Shown here one piece after another: positions 59,247 through 64,000 of a stretch of DNA of 64,000 nt. Made by a program: the position numbers and the translations under genes. Within the stretch, counting starts at the first letter, position 1. Every line of letters begins with the position of its first letter. Under the pieces are notes generated by a model, which did not search any database, was not told the DNA's origin, and saw nothing but the letters and a program-made list of their open reading frames with translations. This DNA comes from Botryllus schlosseri (lineage: Eukaryota), in contig CM119371.1 in assembly GCA_051294905.1 (NCBI GenBank), forward strand, positions 21,888,001 to 21,952,000, given 5' to 3'.

Positions 59247-60366
59247 CTACGAATACAAAATTTGACTCACATTGTAACTAATACATAAACCACAGTTCGT
59301 TAACGTTGGCTAAATCACTATGGATGAACTATGAAACATAATTAGCCTGAAACATACGTTACCATGACAGATTGCTAAAAGTTTCAAAATTGCCATGTAC
59401 ACAGTACCGGTCGCTCTAGGAATCATATAGTTATCATGGATATTAATCAGATTCCTTAGTATGATTTTTATCTTGCTGCGCATGGCGGTATCGTATCTAC
59501 AGGGGTTCTTAAATACTTTTGGTCATGAAACAAAAATGCGGATATTCGACCCCCACATTGTTTTCAGAATATTAAAATGAATCTAGTGCACATAACTATC
59601 CCCGCAAAGCATGAAAATATAGTCTCAAGTTACTGAAGATACCTCATTACTCTAAAGATCCCTATTGAGGGATTCTGGGTACAGCAGTTGCAATTATTGC
59701 TTCACATCCAAAAATCAAACATTGATATTTGGTTTGAGATTGAGTTTTTGATATCATTATAATTATCAAAGTCAGTCCGGTTAAAAATTCTAGACATACC
59801 GAGGGAATACTACGAAAGTATGTAAATCCACTTTTGCGATCGTCTCAGTGTTATATTGTGACAGTCCGGTCTGCTAAGTGGGGAGTTTCTTCTGCGTTGG
59901 ATGAACTTTAAACTGCAATTTGTATATCATGTTTTGCTAGCCATAAGTCTCGGAAGTATTAGAAATATTCGGCCACATACCTGCTTCCTCCGGTACAATC
60001 TTTTTGTAGAACAGTTAAATTCACTTTCCGGTCAAGAAGTTTACCAATTTTGCAAGCTCTTACGCATCTGCTTGCTCTTCCGAACAAAATCAGTACTGCT
60101 GTTTCTGGAATCGAAAGCAGTAGGTGGTAATCTTAGCGCTGGCAACTCGAGCTCAAAATTTTGTTTAACCAATTTTTCAAGAGTCTGCACGCACTCAACT
60201 TGGACAACAGTGCGTAGCGACTAAAAAAAGGTCATTACTTTGATGTTTTGTGCTCAGCCTAAATTTTCTGTGCCCAGAGACGGTGTCAGCATGTCGCAAT
60301 TGCACATTTGAGCAGCTTAAGTTACAGGGAACATTGGTTGCAACACTTGAAAATACGTTTCAATAT

Positions 60367-60881
60367 TGCCAACCAGGGGTCCGCGAAGCATTTTTAGGGG
60401 GTCCGCGAAGCCTCAAAATAGTTGATAACCTAATTCGTATTTATTAAATTTGAAAAATCACTAGGTTATTTCGATTCATTGCTTGTTAAACTCCAGAGCT
60501 CACATAAACACCATGGTCATATGAGAGGAAATATCCTATTGTGCAGACTCATTTTAACCGCTAAATTGCCAATAGCCTACCGAGACACACATTTTGCTGA
60601 TCAGAAATGTTTTCTTTGGGATTGCGGAAAAAAGTTGGATGAGTAAAGTCAATCACGGTGACTCAAAAATGTTTACAAAAATCTATTTTCTCCTGTTATG
60701 TACACAACCACTTTTCCAATTTCATAATAACTTTAAGATAAGCAGCTAGATAAAATGACCAGGCTTGGCGTTACATGTTCATTAAAGAAATTTGTTTGTC
60801 AATTTTGGTGCCATATTTGTTGCGATCATACCCAAATGTGACATCGGAAGCGTTACGCATTAATATTACATTCGCCACCAC
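60367..60881 (-). mobile_element. Family K fragment (inverted), interrupted at 60882 by an element with AATTAC subterminal repeats
   Basis: ggggtccgcg repeats and an internal match to 39100-39180/40130-40240. cagagttggatc followed by an (aattac)n array starts at 60882. Confidence 0.65.
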
Positions 60882-63800
60882 CAGAGTTGGATCAATTAGC
60901 CTACATTATTTCAGTTCAATTACAACTACAATTACTTTCATACATGTTTCAATTACATTACAATTAAATTACTCCATGCTAAAAATATCAAATTACAATT
61001 ACAATTACAATTACTCCTTGCATGCTTCAATTACATTACAATTACAATTGCTGCTGTTGAACATGTAATTGAATAATCATAAATTCAACCGTGCTCCTTG
61101 ACAACCGTATAGCGTCGTAATAAACAACAATTCAAGTATTCATGTTTCATTCATGATACGCAAATACCCGTTTATTAATAAAAAGCAAAAACGTTTTCGA
61201 ACTATTCCAGTATGCAGTATGTCGTTGAAAATAGTATTATAATCAGGGTTGCCATACCGTCCTTATTTCTAAGATTTGTCCTTATTTTGAAGGGCCACGT
61301 CTTAGAAAACTCAACTGTCCTTATTTCTAAGAAATGTCCTTATTTTCGACTTGCGTCCTTATTTTGTCTTATTTTCAACCACTACAGAACTTCGATCGTT
61401 TTCCTCTGGTATCTGTGTTGCATAATATTCTAAAATAATGCTTTTGCGTCGAGATTTTATGACATCATGAACGAAAGGAACTCTCGTGACGTACACACCA
61501 CACGATTTGATTTCTAAGTGGTGAGATAGCTAGAGCAGTGAGTGGTAGCAGTTTCATCTGTGCCGAGCTACCGCAGTGGACGTCATTATAGCAGTAAACA
61601 GCAGTATCAGGTTCCTGCTGTTTGGTCTACAGCAGAATAAGCTCAAGCTGTGGGGAAAGCAGCATTTATTGCGTTCTGAAAAAGGCGCAGTGCTGACGAA
61701 ACATTGGTTAAACCAAGGGTCGGCAACCTACGGCCCGTGGGCCGGATCCGGCCCGCCAAGCGAAATCGTCCGGCCCGCGACATAATAATTAGTTATCACA
61801 AGAATACGGCCCGCCGTTTCATAATAAGTTTCAATCTGCAGTGTAGCACTGCATGAAAAAAATGCGGCATTGCTACGATATAATAGTAGCCTACATCGTA
61901 TTAGTCTATTGTTACGCCATAAAACGAAGGTGGTTGAAGTGGAGATGGATATAGACTAGACTGGATCAGTGCTTATCAATCGGGTGTATCTCGCAACCGA
62001 ACGTGTTCCATACTTTTTTAAAGGGTTTACCACTCTAATGGGGTGTGACAATAAGGGTGTTCTTCCTTTGGTTCAAAAACGCTTGAAACATCTCAGACGC
62101 AATGACGGAATCTCAAAATGTTCAATTATAGATAACTAGCCGCCGCCCAGCAAACACAGTACAGACCAAAGATGTAGAAAAGCCGAGCCGATATAGTAGA
62201 TATTAGATCTCGGCAGGTCGTAGAAAGGGGGATTTTGTGTCGACTCAATTCAACGTCTTTTCCATGTCCTTCAATAATGTAAATATTATGCAGATGCTAC
62301 AGCCTTTAAACATGGTGAGTAGAATGTAGATCCTACGTTAGAAGAAGAAGATCCTGATATAATAACCTGTTTTCTACCACTATGGGCTTAACCTGATCAC
62401 GGCTGCGTACACACACCACATTATTTACTACATATTAATCACATTTGTGATAATTTTATTTCAAACGAATTGGCAATAATGCCGTTGTAAAAAATAAAAC
62501 GAACAAACGAACGAATGTCTTTAGAAAGAAAGTGAAAACAGTCCTTATCATCAGGTTTCATCTTCTGATGAGCCAGTTAAATAACCAGCATGCGGCCTTT
62601 TTTTTTCAACACCCTGCAGAAATAAAATGAAAATGATGATTAATAGCTAAGACATTCGTACTGCGAAAATGGCAGAGGTAGCGACTAACGAATGACTCCT
62701 ACATTTTTTTCGCCCATACTTACTAAAATGGATTCGATTCTGAACTATTTCCACTCAAGTTTTCAAGTTTTATTATTATATTTTTTAATATTATATGACT
62801 AGAGAACTGACTTCAATCGTCACTTCTACTTGATTATCAAGATCAACGATGACTACTTCAGCACTCTTTGAAAACAGCCACTAACACAAAAAGAATTCTT
62901 GACTAAAATTTCTTCACATTCTGTCCAAAATGATCAATTCAACAATCCAAATGAATCAGTTATTTGGCAGCTAGTTGGAGAGATATATACTCAAGTCTAG
63001 AAAGTGGAATGATATTCTGCCTGGAAAGCTGAAGACCTAACAATATTGTGTACAGAGAACAAAACATTTGAGTGGCGGCACTGGTATAGACATTAATAAA
63101 TTATTAGAATTGACAGCAAGATAACCAGCAAGACATTAAAATGAGAATTAGTGCAGTTTCTTAGGCTGTAGTGATACTCAGCCAGTAATTGACCTAGCAG
63201 AGAGCAAAACGTTGTAAATAAAGCGAGCGAAACCTCCGACAAATGATACGATAAAACATTAGAATCGACAGTCTTACTAGAAGCAGAATAACAATCATGA
63301 GGGGTTAGAGAACAGAAGCCCGGGAAGTGACCATCAGAAATTACTGCATACTGGCCGAACAAATCCATGACCACTAACAAATGGTCTTTCAATAGTCAAT
63401 ATTGATACCAAATGACACCACACCTATTTCATAGCAACATTTAGCAAATACAGCGCTGGAGTCAACCTTATATAAGCCCTAACCAAACGCCCATTAGTTT
63501 TCCCACCTACTACTTCGCGGATGGAAATACGCATTAAAGCGAACGGACGCGACTTGTCACACTCTTGCTATTTCTGCTCCTTTTTTCTCTTCGTTCCTCT
63601 TCTCTGTCGCTTCCGCTTGAGGAGAGAAACAGTCGGCCGCGTTTACGGATCGTGAATTCCCGGTGGGTGATTCTTCCTCGAATGGTCAGCACCTTGAAAA
63701 TTGAGAACAATGTTGTTGCAAAATGCATGACAATTTGAAAGTTACATCATTCTAATTATTCCAGTTATGGCCGTGAATCGTTACAAGTGCGGTAACCATA

Positions 63801-64000
63801 AGAATTATTACTATACTTCAACTACAAATAGAATAGCCTATATTGTATAAAATGATTACCAATTCTTTTACGTTGATCGAGTCCCAAATAGATGAAATAT
63901 GTCAAAGAATTTGCTAAATTTTTGTATAATTTGACAGATTCCGAAATCTTCTCAAAGTGCACCTTTCAAAAATTTGATATCAAGACTCCCAACATTTTAC

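Noticed and set aside
62860..63730. Coding-like relics: plus-strand Myb/SANT-like (W..V...KWND...GGTG) or minus-strand transposase N-terminal zinc-finger-like fragments
   Set aside because: Multiple stops, competing interpretations and no element termini identified.
46800..64000. Numerous 60-107 aa ORFs as host genes
   Set aside because: No recognisable domains or consistent exon structure; most overlap transposon-derived sequence.

Overview
Eukaryotic (animal) genomic DNA, AT-rich, with no prokaryotic features, rRNA, functional tRNA or CRISPR. The taxon cannot be determined from sequence alone; an invertebrate such as an ascidian is only a guess. Bases ~1-38 kb hold a tandem cluster of minus-strand C2H2 zinc-finger (ZNF) genes, each with a single coding exon. 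They have no recognisable effector domain (no KRAB/ZAD/BTB/SCAN/SET) and use a non-canonical TGVKNY linker. There are two identical 9-finger genes (products of a near-perfect 4,985-bp tandem duplication), an 11-finger gene, a 20-finger gene split by one in-frame TAA, two relic loci and one 'ghost' locus whose ZNF gene has been deleted. Each gene has a conserved atypical first finger, a conserved in-frame uORF ending 9-12 nt before the ATG, and a 3' tail of progressively more decayed fingers beyond the stop codon. The intergenic DNA and everything beyond ~38 kb is a dense graveyard of non-autonomous DNA transposons: hAT-type with 8-bp TSDs and Tc1/pogo-type with TA TSDs. It includes a five-level nested insertion at 24-30 kb, hAT transposase remnants, one CR1/L2-type LINE 3' end and one tRNA-derived SINE. 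The most interesting system is the effector-less, rapidly shuffling ZNF family, which appears to evolve by finger duplication, inter-paralogue recombination and stop-codon 'retirement' of 3' fingers. All alignments were done by eye, so coordinates of degenerate features are approximate.
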